Shown: in pieces, positions 34,417-44,620 of the stretch
Numbering within the stretch: the stretch's first letter is position 1
Layout of the letters: each line of letters begins with the position of its first letter
DNA from: an uncultured delta proteobacterium
GTDB taxonomy: Bacteria; Desulfobacterota; Binatia; UBA9968
Reading direction: 5' to 3'
Assembly: GCA_963811315.1 (NCBI GenBank)
Contig: CAWERH010000054.1
Location: 21,197-85,196 of the forward strand
DNA: 64,000 nucleotides
Program-made: the position numbers and the translations under genes
The notes under the pieces: model-generated
What the model was told of the DNA's origin: nothing
What the model saw: the letters and a program-made list of their open reading frames with translations, nothing else
The model's database searches: none

Positions 34417-35103
34417 CTACCTCCGGATCCAGCTCTCGGCACGATTGATCGCGTAGAGAAACAGTATCGAAAGAAAGATCGTGCCGAATAGGCCGGCGTA
34501 AACTTCTTCCACCTCGAATTTAAATGCCGCGTCGGATAGCCACATGCCGACGCCGCCGACCTGGGCGACGTACTCCAGGCCGAGCACCGATTTGAGAATG
34601 TAAGTCAGCGCCAAGCGAAAGCCGCTGAAGATCGTCGGCGCCACGGCCGGGAGCAGGATGTGGCGAAAGACCTGGCGGCGCGTGAGGTTCATGCTCGCGC
34701 CGACTTGGAGCAAGATCGGATTGACATTTTGAAAGGCGCCTTTGGTGTTGATGATGATCGGGATCGTACCCAAGATCGATGAAAGCGCGATGACCGCGGC
34801 GCTGGTGCGGCCGAAGGTGACAAGGAAGAGCGGGTACGCAAGAATTACCGGCGAAGAAAACAGCGCGGCCAGCGGCATCTCGTAGCTGGTTCCGGCGAGT
34901 TTGTAACGCCAGAGCAGAAAGCCGGCGAAGACGCCGAACAAAGTCGCGATTGCGAGGCAGGCGCCGATTTCGAAAAGCGTGATGCCGGTCAACCACAGGG
35001 CGTTGCCTTCCACCAGTTGCGTCCACAGCACGGTCACGGCGCGCGTCGGCGCGGCGAGAAAGAACGTGCTGATCCAACCCGCGCGCACCGACGTTTCGAC
35101 CAT
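34417..35103 (-). CDS. ABC transporter permease (NitT/TauT-like)
   Basis: Multi-TM protein; an in-frame hydrophobic extension upstream suggests the true start may lie slightly upstream. Confidence 0.7.
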   Translation of the reverse strand: MVETSVRAGWISTFFLAAPTRAVTVLWTQLVEGNALWLTGITLFEIGACLAIATLFGVFAGFLLWRYKLAGTSYEMPLAALFSSPVILAYPLFLVTFGRTSAAVIALSSILGTIPIIINTKGAFQNVNPILLQVGASMNLTRRQVFRHILLPAVAPTIFSGFRLALTYILKSVLGLEYVAQVGGVGMWLSDAAFKFEVEEVYAGLFGTIFLSILFLYAINRAESWIRR

Positions 35104-35170
35104 GACCAGGACGCCGAAGATAATACCGAAACGCCAGGCTGAGAGTTTTGCAGCTTCGGACGTATGAACC

Positions 35171-35211
35171 TCCGTTCAAGCCGTTCAAAACGTTCAAGTC
35201 GTTCAAGCCGT
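35171..35211. repeat. tandem 9-bp array (CGTTCAAGN)x4 in SBP-permease intergenic region
   Basis: ccgttcaag ccgttcaaa acgttcaag tcgttcaag ccg, between SBP stop 35237 and permease start 35103 (minus strand). Confidence 0.7.
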
Positions 35212-35236
35212 CAGAAGATACCTCCGACGCCGAGTG

Positions 35237-36244
35237 TTACGGCAAGTAACTCAGATCGATCAGGCTGCTCATCTCGGCTTTGGTGAGCGGCTGGGTGAGG
35301 AACTTGTTCCGCAGTCCGTCGTCGATGGTCGCTTGAATGCCGCGGATCGGTTTCAGAGTCATGGCCGCGCGGTTGTAGTAGTCCCAAGTTTTGAGCACGG
35401 CGGCCTCCGGGTATTTCATTTCAGCGCGGCGTATCCAGATTTTCGCCGTCTCCTCTTTATGCTCGAACATGTAGTCGAGCGCGCGCTGTTGCGCTTTGAA
35501 GAAACCGCGCACCGCGTCCGGATTCTTGGCGGCGAACTCGTTATTGAGAAAATGCACGCGCGGCGTGATCTCTTTCATCGCGTTGATTTCATCGCCCTTG
35601 ACGACGACGCGGAGCTCGCCCTTTTCCACCAGGTCGAGTTGAAACGGCGCCACCGACCAGCCGGCGTCGGCCTGCCCGGTGCGCACCGCGGTATAGACTT
35701 CCGGTATGCCGCCGAGTGAGACCGGTTCGGCGGGTTTTAGACCTTTGGCTTTGATCTGATCGGCGATTGCAAGCACCGCCATATGACTCGAGGAGCCCGG
35801 CCGGCTGTACGCGACTTTCTTGCCGGCGAGATCCTCGAGTTTGCGCATCGGGGTATTGCCCTGCACGTACCAGAAAGCGTCCATACCGGTGATCTCGGCG
35901 GCGGCGATTTTTATCGGCGCCTTCTTCACAATTGCGGCGATCACCGCCAGCGTGCCCGTGCCGAGACCGATCTGGGCGTCGCCGGAAACCACCGCCTGGA
36001 CGTTTTCGCCGCCGCCGCGGGTGAACACCGCGTCGACGTCGAGGTTATTTTCCCGGTAAAACCCCTTCTCCTGAGCGATGTAGACCGGCAGCGCCACCGT
36101 GAAAAGTATCCGGTGCGGCACGACCACGATGATCTTCGTGCGCGCCGCGGCCGCCCAGGAGGAAGCAGCGAGACTGCATAGGACGAATACGACGACAAAG
36201 CTCAATGGGACATAGGTTCTCACGTCCACGATTTGTTTCTTCAT
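35237..36244 (-). CDS. NMT1/THI5-like ABC transporter substrate-binding protein (cognate of adjacent permeases and ATPase)
   Basis: Signal peptide …FVVVFVLCSLAASSWAAA; 335 aa; operon ATPase-SBP-permease-permease. Confidence 0.75.
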   Translation of the reverse strand: MKKQIVDVRTYVPLSFVVVFVLCSLAASSWAAAARTKIIVVVPHRILFTVALPVYIAQEKGFYRENNLDVDAVFTRGGGENVQAVVSGDAQIGLGTGTLAVIAAIVKKAPIKIAAAEITGMDAFWYVQGNTPMRKLEDLAGKKVAYSRPGSSSHMAVLAIADQIKAKGLKPAEPVSLGGIPEVYTAVRTGQADAGWSVAPFQLDLVEKGELRVVVKGDEINAMKEITPRVHFLNNEFAAKNPDAVRGFFKAQQRALDYMFEHKEETAKIWIRRAEMKYPEAAVLKTWDYYNRAAMTLKPIRGIQATIDDGLRNKFLTQPLTKAEMSSLIDLSYLP

Positions 36245-36258
36245 CAGATACGCCTCCC

Positions 36259-37059
36259 TTACTCTCTTTGCTCCGATTGTTTGAAGCTCTTGATGGATTC
36301 TTCTCTGAGCGACCCCCAGACTTGCGCCACCAGTCGGCCGAAACGGTCCGATGCGATGATGGACGAATCGCGCGGATGGGGTAGATCGACGCCAACGATC
36401 GATTTCACCCGGCCGGGCCGCGCCGTCATTACCATGACGCGGTCGGAAAGTTGCACCGATTCATTGATGTTGTGGGTGACGAGAATGATTGTCTGCTTGA
36501 GTTGATCGCGGATGCGCAGCAGTTCCTCGCCGAGAATGATGCGGGTCTGCTCGTCCAGAGCGCCGAAGGGCTCGTCCATGAGCAAGATCTTCGGTTCGAG
36601 CACCAGCGCGCGGGCGATGGCGACGCGCTGCTTCATGCCGCCGGATAAGTCCGAAGGATAGCGTTCTTCGAAGCCGGACAACCCGACCAGGCGAATCATT
36701 TCGCGCGCCTTCGCTCTTCGTTCGTTTTGCGCCACCCCGCGCATCTCCAGGCCGAATTCGACGTTCCCTAAAGTTGTCCGCCACGGAAACGTCGATTCTT
36801 CCTGGAACACCATGCCGATCCACGGATGCGGGCCGGTGACTCTTTCCGTGCCGACGTACAATTCGCCATCGCTCGCCGGCAGCAAACCGCCGATGATTCT
36901 CAAAAGTGTAGACTTACCGCAACCAGAAGGCCCGATGATGGAGAAAAGTTCGCCCGCTTGCACTTCGAGCGAGATGTCGCTCACCGCCGTCACTTGTTCG
37001 AGGCCGTTGTCCGGACTGCCGAATACTTTGTTCACATTGTGGAGCGTAAGAATCGTCAT
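36259..37059 (-). CDS. ABC transporter ATP-binding protein (nitrate/sulfonate/bicarbonate family)
   Basis: Internal ATG gives MTILTLHNVNKVF…; Walker A GPSGCGKST, signature LSGGMKQRVAIARAL, Walker B ILLMDEP. Confidence 0.8.
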   Translation of the reverse strand: MTILTLHNVNKVFGSPDNGLEQVTAVSDISLEVQAGELFSIIGPSGCGKSTLLRIIGGLLPASDGELYVGTERVTGPHPWIGMVFQEESTFPWRTTLGNVEFGLEMRGVAQNERRAKAREMIRLVGLSGFEERYPSDLSGGMKQRVAIARALVLEPKILLMDEPFGALDEQTRIILGEELLRIRDQLKQTIILVTHNINESVQLSDRVMVMTARPGRVKSIVGVDLPHPRDSSIIASDRFGRLVAQVWGSLREESIKSFKQSEQRE

Positions 37060-37357
37060 TGATTGCTTTAGCCGGCCATGAGAAAGGTGGCCTAAAATAG
37101 GCGGAATCAGAAGGAGCGTCAAGGAGATTGTAGCCGGCGCGGTTGTCGTTGGGATCGCGTCAGAATCGTTGTCGTCGATCGGCAAATTATTTCGAAGGGC
37201 CGAATATCAGGCAAGAATTCGCAACAAAAGTGTTTAATTGGAGTGGATTGGCGCTTCACCCAATATCCGAGCATCTGCAGACATTCGTCTAAGCAGTTAA
37301 CAGGAATTTTATCGGGAGCCTCTTAAAGCGACATCCCCGCCGGGATATGATGGCGGC

Positions 37358-37612
37358 GTGAAAATCCTGATCGAGATTACGCCTGAACATTACGACGGGC
37401 TTTTGGAAACATGTGAGGAATCGTCGCCGGAATACGCGATCTTGAAAAACGGTATCGTCGCGCGCCCTCAAGAAGACGGCCTCGACCGACGCAAGGTCGT
37501 GATCTGGTGCGAGGTAAATCAGGCGGCGAGACTCCTCGCCGCAGCCGAGAGGTTCGACCCCGTAGTCGCCGCCAAGATCGCAAAGGAAATCGAGCTCGCG
37601 CGCGAACTCTAA
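37358..37612 (+). CDS. small hypothetical protein (84 aa)
   Basis: GTG-start ORF with no family recognised; sits between the ABC operon and the rtcB leader. Confidence 0.3.
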   Translation: MKILIEITPEHYDGLLETCEESSPEYAILKNGIVARPQEDGLDRRKVVIWCEVNQAARLLAAAERFDPVVAAKIAKEIELAREL

Positions 37613-38050
37613 CCCGATTCACCGCCTGATGCTGGAATTAGTCTGCCGGCGGCGCGATCAATCGCGCCCTTGCAAATAGGCGCAATCCGGAAGGGCGCAC
37701 CTGCGTGTGCGCCTTCGCGACCGGGCCGACACGCAGGTCGGCCCCTACGGTTTCGACCATTCGAAAAGTTGCGGTTCAATTTCAACCACCAATGTTCAGC
37801 ATTTTACCGGCATCGTTCAATCGCAGCTCACCGTCCGCAACGTCGCCGAAACAATATGTCCGGGTCTGTGTGTGGTTTTGCACGAGTTGTGGTCACGTCC
37901 TCGGAACGCCTACGGCGTGTTCTCTGGCTCGTGCTTGACCAGACTACGCGACTTAAGTAGCAAACGAAAAGCATCCGGGGAGTCACAACTGCCGGGGCAG
38001 AGGTTTCAGCGCGCTTTAGCGGCGGCGTTCGCTGCGGTAAACTTGAAGCC

Positions 38051-39277
38051 ATGGAAAAAGCGTATCAGTTGATCGAATCCGAAAACGGCGTGCCGATCAA
38101 AGCCTGGACGAAGGGCGTTGCCATCGAGGCGGTGGCGGAGAAGCAGTTGCGCAATGTGGCGCGACTGCCTTTTATTTACAAATGGGTGGCGGCGATGCCG
38201 GATGTGCATTGGGGGATCGGGGCGACGGTGGGGAGCGTGATTCCGACCAAGGGCGCGATCATTCCGGCGGCGGTGGGCGTCGATATCGGCTGCGGCATGA
38301 TGGCGGTGCAGACGACGCTGAGCGCGAATCAGTTGCCGGATAACTTGCGCGGGATACGGACGGCGATCGAAAAGGCCATTCCGCATGGGCGGACCGACAA
38401 CGGCGGGAGAAAAGACAAGGGCGGATGGCGCGAGCTGCCGAAACGGCAGATCGGCGTGTGGCGCCAACTCCAGGTCGGTTATAAAACGATCATCGACAAA
38501 TATCCCAAGCTCAATCGCGGCAACGACGTGAACCATCTCGGCACGCTGGGAACGGGCAATCATTTTATCGAGGTCTGCCTGGACGAGGAAGACCAGGTTT
38601 GGTTCATGCTGCACAGCGGCTCGCGCGGCGTGGGCAATCGTATCGGCATGTTCTTCATCGAGATGGCGAAGAACGACATGCGCCAGCACATCAAGAACCT
38701 GCCCGACAAAGATCTGGCATACTTCGAAGAAGGCAGTGAGCATTTCGAAGATTATTTCGACGCGGTGAGCTGGGCTCAGGAGTTCGCGCTGTACAATCGC
38801 AAGCTGATGATGGAGCAGTTGGTCGACGCGGTGTCTGAATCCCGCGAAGTGCCGCCGTTTTCCCTGACCGAGACTGCGGTCAATTGTCATCACAACTACG
38901 TCGCCCGGGAAGAACACTACGGTTCAACGGTGTTTGTCACGCGCAAGGGCGCGGTGCGCGCACGCGCGGGCGATCTGGGCATTATCCCCGGCAGTATGGG
39001 CGCGCGCTCTTACATCGTGCGCGGGCTGGGCAATCCGGAGAGTTTTTTCAGTTGCAGCCACGGCGCCGGCCGCGCCATGTCGCGCGGCGAGGCCAAGCGG
39101 CGCTTCACGTTAGCGGACCATGCCAAAGCGACGGCCGGTGTCGAGTGCCGCAAGGATGCGGATGTGATCGACGAAACGCCGATGGCCTACAAGCCGATCG
39201 AAGACGTGATGAATGCGCAGAGAGATTTAGTGGAGATCGTGCATACACTGCGCCAGGTGGTGTGCGTGAAAGGATGA
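38051..39277 (+). CDS. rtcB: RNA-splicing ligase RtcB
   Basis: …MPDVHWGIGATVGSV…GVDIGCGM…HNY…GTGNHFIE…HSGSRGVGN…; 408 aa. Confidence 0.9.
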   Translation: MEKAYQLIESENGVPIKAWTKGVAIEAVAEKQLRNVARLPFIYKWVAAMPDVHWGIGATVGSVIPTKGAIIPAAVGVDIGCGMMAVQTTLSANQLPDNLRGIRTAIEKAIPHGRTDNGGRKDKGGWRELPKRQIGVWRQLQVGYKTIIDKYPKLNRGNDVNHLGTLGTGNHFIEVCLDEEDQVWFMLHSGSRGVGNRIGMFFIEMAKNDMRQHIKNLPDKDLAYFEEGSEHFEDYFDAVSWAQEFALYNRKLMMEQLVDAVSESREVPPFSLTETAVNCHHNYVAREEHYGSTVFVTRKGAVRARAGDLGIIPGSMGARSYIVRGLGNPESFFSCSHGAGRAMSRGEAKRRFTLADHAKATAGVECRKDADVIDETPMAYKPIEDVMNAQRDLVEIVHTLRQVVCVKG

Positions 39278-39288
39278 CCAAAAAGGCG

Positions 39289-39375
39289 TGAGGCTTGAGG
39301 CAACAGGCGGTAGGCAACAGTAAGAAAAACAAATCCTTTTTTTATCCTTTATACTTTCGCCTTTATCCTTTTCTC
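39289..39375. repeat. composite dispersed repeat (family B, inverted, then family A-like) downstream of rtcB
   Basis: gaggcttgaggcaacaggcggtaggcaacagtaag is the reverse complement of the CTTACTGTTGCCTGTTGCC family. It is followed by tcctttttttatcctttatactttcgcctttatcctttt, the reverse complement of the AAAGGATAAAGGCGAAAG family. Confidence 0.6.
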
Positions 39376-40668
39376 AGTTTTCCAGCCCCGGATTTGCCAT
39401 GAAGATCGACGCGGCGAGTTTTTGCCGCGTCTTCGGGTGGCGCAGCGTCCGCTTTAAAACGAAGTCGAACAGTAGCGGGTTGTGATCGTAGATCTCGTTG
39501 AGCGATTGGCGCTCGCCGGCGGTGATAAAGTCTTCGCTTGCGAGGGAGCGGGTGCGGATCAACGCGTTGATTGCCGGTAGCGGATAGTCGCTGCCGTTGA
39601 CCAGGCGAGGGTGCAAGTCTTGGCGGGTGAGAAGTTTCGCAAGGGGGCCGGGCATGCGGTTGAACTGGGTCATCGCGGAAATTTCGCCGAAAAGAAGTCC
39701 GCGGTATTTTACCTCGTCCATCAGGCGTAAAAATAAATCGAAACAATCGGCGGATTTTCCGCCACCGTGGTCGACATCGTCGCAGGTGCCGAGGCTCGCG
39801 CTGTGGGCCATGATGACACGAATCCCAGATCGAGCGGACGGCGCAGCAGCAAAGGGTTGCCGAGCCGCTGGTCTTCCTCGGCTTCCACCGCCTGCTCCTC
39901 GCCGGTGTGAGATAATAGGATCATCCGGTATTTTTTCATCATAAAATAGAACGGATCAATGGTGGGATTTGCCGGGTCCATGCCCATGGCGTTGGGCAGC
40001 CACTTGACATATCTGACTCCCGCCTTCGCCCACGTTTCCAGCTCCTGCAACGCGTCGGCGCGATAGGGATGGACGGAAATCGCCGGCGTGAAAATGTCGG
40101 GATATTTATTCGCAAGCTCGACCACGTAGCGGTTGGGCACGTACATGTTGGTCTTGCCGAGATCGACGGCGCCGTCGGCGTGGTAATATTTATCGAAGGC
40201 GAGGATGCGGTATTTTCCGTGGTATTTCAGGGCGCGGATGAGGCGCGCCAGCCGTTCGACATACTCGCGATCGGCATCGTCGATGTGCTTGATGCCCGAG
40301 GCGCTGGCATAGACCTGAAATTTCAAGCGTTCGAGATTCAAGCCGTGACGCATGCGTGGATTGACGAAAGCGTCGGCGACGCTCGTGCCGACCGCGAGCA
40401 CATGGACATGATGATCGACTAGTCGGGCAGGATCGATATCCTGGTAGGCGCGGTCGATCAATTCGCGGGTTGCCTGCGAGGCGTTCCGTTCCAAATCTTC
40501 CGGCGGGTTTGAGAACGCGCCGCCGATCTGATCGATCAAACAGCCGGACAGCAACAAAAGGCCCAATAAACCGGTGAGAATGAGTTTGACCTTGAGTTGT
40601 TTTCGATCGCGGTTTTGGTCGTCATGCATCGGCCCGTTTTTCAATCGGCGGTGAATACTTTGGCTCAA
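39374..40668 (-). pseudogene. metal-dependent amidohydrolase-like lipoprotein (TIM-barrel hydrolase), one frameshift near 39815
   Basis: 39721..40668 has a lipoprotein signal (LLLLSGC) and HHVHVL. Its C-terminal part continues in 39374..39811 (VIMAHSASLG…DHNPLLFDF) in another frame. Confidence 0.55.
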
Positions 40669-40717
40669 AGGTACAGACGCTACGTTATTCTCAATTCACC
40701 TAAGAATATACGCCGAC

Positions 40718-40746
40718 TTGACAGGCTTCGGCGCGGTTTGTATTGA
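40718..40746 (+). promoter_or_regulatory. candidate sigma70 promoter TTGACA-N17-TATTGA for bicupin gene
   Basis: TTGACA 40718-40723, 17-nt spacer, TATTGA 40741-40746; RBS AAGGGAGG precedes the ATG at 40788. Confidence 0.35.
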
Positions 40747-40787
40747 AATGATCACGATCGCGTCGTTTCAAGCTAAGGGAGGAATCT

Positions 40788-41801
40788 ATGGACCTGCAAG
40801 AACTCAGTCAATGGATGAAGGAGCGAAACCTGAAAGGCCATTGGGAACACTCGGAATGGTCGCAGACGGTGAAGCCGTTTTTGTGGAAGGGCGACGAGAT
40901 CATGCAGGCGCTCAATTGGTCCGGCGAGTTGATAACCACGGGCGAAGCCGGCCGGCGCACGATTCAGATGCGCAATCCGGGATTGGCCGCCGGGATGACC
41001 AACACGGTGCATATATCCGTGCAACTGGTGAAGCCGGGCGAAGTCGCCGCGGCGCATCGGCACACGGCTGCGGCGATCCGTTTCATCGTCAAGGGCACGC
41101 CGAACGCGTACACGATCGTGGAAGGCGAGCGCTTTCCGATGTTCGAGGGGGATTTTATCACGACGCCGAACTGGACTTGGCACGACCATTTCAACGGCTC
41201 GAACGAACCGGTGATGTGGCTCGATGGCCTGGATGTTCGTCTGGTGACGCATTTTGGCGCGATGATCCAGGAAAATTTCAAACAGGAGCAGCAGCCGATC
41301 GAACGGCCGGATAATTTTGGCGCGAAAGTTTTCGGCCACGCGCGTCCAACCTGGATCAAAAATAGTTTTCAAGCGCCGCCGTACCGGTATCCTTGGGAGG
41401 AAACCAATGCGAGCCTGCAGGCGCTCAAGGAAAGTGCCGGCGATCCATACGATGGGATAATTTTGGAATACGCCAACCCGGTCGATGGCGGCCACACGCT
41501 GCCCACCTGTTCCTGCTCCATCCAGCTGCTGCGGCCGAGCGAGAAAACCAAGACTCATCGGCACACCAGCACGACGGTGTACTATGCGTTTCGCGGCCAC
41601 GGAATGACCAAGGTCTCGGCCAACGAGTTCAACTGGCAGCAGGGCGATATCTTTGTCGTGCCTTCGTGGCAGTGGCACTCGCATGAGAATGCTGCCAGTG
41701 ACGACGCGATACTATTCTCGATCAACGACCGGCCGTCCACCGAAGCGTTGGGCCTCTATCGGGAAGAAGCAGGAGTAACAATTCGTGCTCGTGAAGCGTG
41801 A
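40788..41801 (+). CDS. bicupin dioxygenase (gentisate 1,2-dioxygenase-like)
   Basis: Two cupin motifs (AAHRHTAAAIRFIVKG and HRHTSTTVYYAFRGHG); 337 aa. Confidence 0.65.
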   Translation: MDLQELSQWMKERNLKGHWEHSEWSQTVKPFLWKGDEIMQALNWSGELITTGEAGRRTIQMRNPGLAAGMTNTVHISVQLVKPGEVAAAHRHTAAAIRFIVKGTPNAYTIVEGERFPMFEGDFITTPNWTWHDHFNGSNEPVMWLDGLDVRLVTHFGAMIQENFKQEQQPIERPDNFGAKVFGHARPTWIKNSFQAPPYRYPWEETNASLQALKESAGDPYDGIILEYANPVDGGHTLPTCSCSIQLLRPSEKTKTHRHTSTTVYYAFRGHGMTKVSANEFNWQQGDIFVVPSWQWHSHENAASDDAILFSINDRPSTEALGLYREEAGVTIRAREA

Positions 41802-41848
41802 TCGTGTCCGATTCAACGCCCACGAGCCACGAACACGAATCACGATGG
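41783..41848. repeat. repeat family D: inverted arrays of TCGTGN/CACGAN hexamers
   Basis: attcgtgctcgtgaagcgtgatcgtgtccg…cacgagccacgaacacgaatcacgatgg. It overlaps the cupin stop codon. The second copy is at 62308..62392. Confidence 0.55.
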
Positions 41849-41854
41849 CGCTCG

Positions 41855-42814
41855 CTACTGAATTTTATAGCCTAGTTCCTTGGCGACTTCTTTGGCCAGA
41901 CGATCGTCGGCGATGTCACTGAAGGCCGGTTTTTTGTCGACGAAACGGCCCTGGGCCTGGATCGACTTGACCAGATTATCCATGCCGACGCGGGTCGGAA
42001 CGCCGTCGGCGCTCAATGTTTTCATGAAGACATCATAAGTTCCCGCGGCGCTTTCCCGGTCCATTTTTAAAAGCCGCATCATGAGGTCGACGCTTCTTGT
42101 CTTTGGATTTGCGCATCGCATCTTTGGCCGATTGCATGGCGCGGATCACTCGCTTTAACTTCGTCCGGTTTGCCTTTGATGTCCTTGTCGAGAACAGTCA
42201 AGCCGCCGCCCGGCATCTCGACCAGCGAGCCGATATCGAGAATGATCGGAAAGCCTTTCTTGGTCGCCAGAAACAACGCCGGTGGATTGAGCGACACGGC
42301 GTCGAGAAAACCGCTTTCGAGCGAGCGCACCATCTCGGTCGGCGGCAGCGCGAGAATATTAAAATCCTTCGGTGACATGCCGAGTTTTTCCAGCGCAATG
42401 ACCAAGCGAGACATGATTGGTCGCGCCCAGGCTGCCGGTCACGCCGATTTTTTTGCCTTTGAGATCTTGCACGGTTTTGAACTTCGGATTCGCGACCAAC
42501 GAATAGGACACGCGGTCTGAAGAAACCCACACCGCGCGGAACGGCATGCCGCTCAAGCTCGCGCTGACGACGCCCGGCCCGACGCCGGCGAAGTAATCGA
42601 TCTCGCCGGAGATCATCGCCGGCACGGTGAGCGCCGGCGACATGAGAATAATTTCGGCGTCGAGACCCTGCTCATGAAAGATTTTCCAATCGCGCGCCGC
42701 GATGAGCGGTAGCGAGGTTACGCTCATGGCGGAGTTGGCGATGCGAATCTTTTTCTTTGTTTCTTGGGCTATTGCGGATGATGAAAAAGTAAAGATGCCC
42801 ATGAGTAAGCACAA
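41855..42814 (-). pseudogene. NMT1/THI5-like ABC substrate-binding protein in three frames; degraded paralog of 44621..45634 and 45804..46793
   Basis: 42359..42814 has the signal peptide and N-terminal domain. 42079..42414 and 41855..42121 carry the C-terminal parts, collinear with the intact paralogs (…LVEMPGGGLT…FSDIADDRLAKEVAKELGYKI). Confidence 0.65.
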
Positions 42815-43028
42815 CGTCGAAAAAGCGAACTACAGCTGAGTCTATAAATCATGGTCTCCTCTTATGCTCACCAAGAGTGATTTCTAAAACATCCTCTCCC
42901 TTGACGGGAGAGGAATGAGGTGAGGCGTGCTCATCAATGCCCCCTCATCGCTAACCTTCTCCCGCAAGGACGAGAAGGGACATTCCGAGCGCAACTGTTC
43001 AAACAAGCAAAATTATTGCGAAGTAGAA

Positions 43029-44442
43029 TTAACTTTTGAGGTGATCCGAAAGCCGCGCCGCGTTTTCTCCGGCGAGAATGCCCGTGACCACGGCTTGCAT
43101 CAAGCCGCCGGTGTAGCCGCCGCGATAGCCGCCCATGAGGCCGCCGATGGCGTCGCCGGCGGCATAGAGGCCGGCGATCGGCTGCTCATTTTCGTCGAGT
43201 GCCGCAGCCTGGCCGTTGACCAAGATTCCGCCCATGGTGAAGGTAATGCCTGATACCACGCGCAAGCCGTAGTACGGCGCGCTTAACGCTTTCGGCTTGC
43301 CTGTCCGGGGTACGGCGAGCGATTGCGCGGTGTTCGCTTCGACCGCATGGTTGTAGTCTTTCAAGGTCGCTGCCAATCGCGCTTCTTCGACACCGATCTT
43401 TCTTGCCAGTCCTTCGATCGTCGGGTCGGAAAAAATCTCGCCGTCGTTATCGGCCAGCCAAGGGTTGGGCGCCGGCGTTTTCACCGAATTCGAAAACGCA
43501 TCGTCTTTCGCGGCTTCCCAACTTTGCTGGTCGAAGATCAACACAGCGCCCGTCACGTCGTCGCTTCGCGCCAGCTCATTGGCGACGGCGACGTCGCCGC
43601 GTCCTTCGTCGACAAAACGCTTGCCGTCACGATCGATCAGAATCCCTTCGTCGACGAACGAATCGAGTCTCGGGTAGGGCCAGAAGCGGTCGTCGATCAG
43701 CGCTTTGCGCGAGATCAGATGGCCGTAGAAATATTTCAAATTGACGGCCTTGGCGCCGATTGCGAGCGCCATGCGCAAGCCGTCGCCGGTGTCTTGTTTG
43801 GAGCCGCGCAGTTTGCACTCATCGGCGTGCGGGCCGATGTATTTTTTTACCAATTCTTTGTTGGCGCTGAAGCCGCCGGTGGCGAGCATAGTGGCGCGGC
43901 AACGAAATTCGATGTCTTCACCGGATTTGTCGCCGATGACGCCCGCAAACGCGACCATTCTCAACGATCAATCGCTGCGCCTTCGATGCCGTTCAAGTAG
44001 CGTCCACCGAGCCGCTCGAAGCGTTCTTTCAGCTTGGCGAGGGCGCGCGTGCCGACGTCTTTTTTGTAAACCGGTGCAAGCGAGACTTCGCCGGACTGAT
44101 CGAGCCAGACTCGCCCGGACGGACCTTCGTCGACTTTGACGCCGCTGCTGATCAACCAGTCGACGGCACGGTTACAGGTCTCCGACCACGATTTGACCAA
44201 GGCGGGATAGCGCGACACCCTCCGCCATGACAAAATCGTAAAGCTCGCGTGGATCCGTCCGCGGGCTTTTGCCGCCGGCGCGCAAACTGCCCGACGCCAT
44301 CAGGATATTGCCGTCGCCCAGAGGCGCCGTCGCTTTTATCGATCAGAAGAACTTTTGCGCCTTGCTCGCTGGCGCGCACGGCCGCGGTAAAGCCGGCGAG
44401 GCCGGCGCCGACGATCAAGACATCTGAAGATATAGTTTCCAT
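43029..44442 (-). pseudogene. FAD-dependent oxidoreductase (fumarate reductase/succinate dehydrogenase flavoprotein-like, TcuA/KstD-like) with two frameshifts
   Basis: 44152..44442 has the FAD GxGxxG motif (DVLIVGAGLAGFTAAVRASEQGAKVLLIDKS). 43961..44233 and 43029..43964 continue in other frames to …AAGDAIGGLMGGYRGGYTGGLMQAVVTG. Confidence 0.65.
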
Positions 44443-44620
44443 TGGGTTAGATTTCCATTCCTGTCATCTTGAGCCAGAGGCGAAAGATCTACTTCTGTGT
44501 GACGAACGGCTTGAGAGAATCAGCAAATGCCAAAACAGATTCTTCGTCGCTGCGCTCCTCAGAATGACATTTGTAGTCAGGTGGGACCGTTTAACGCCAG
44601 TAATTCGCGTATTGATTCGA

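Noticed and set aside
38006-38917. 303-aa minus-strand ORF
   Set aside because: Antisense to rtcB.
40773-41684. 303-aa minus-strand ORF
   Set aside because: Antisense to the bicupin dioxygenase gene, which has two clear cupin motifs.
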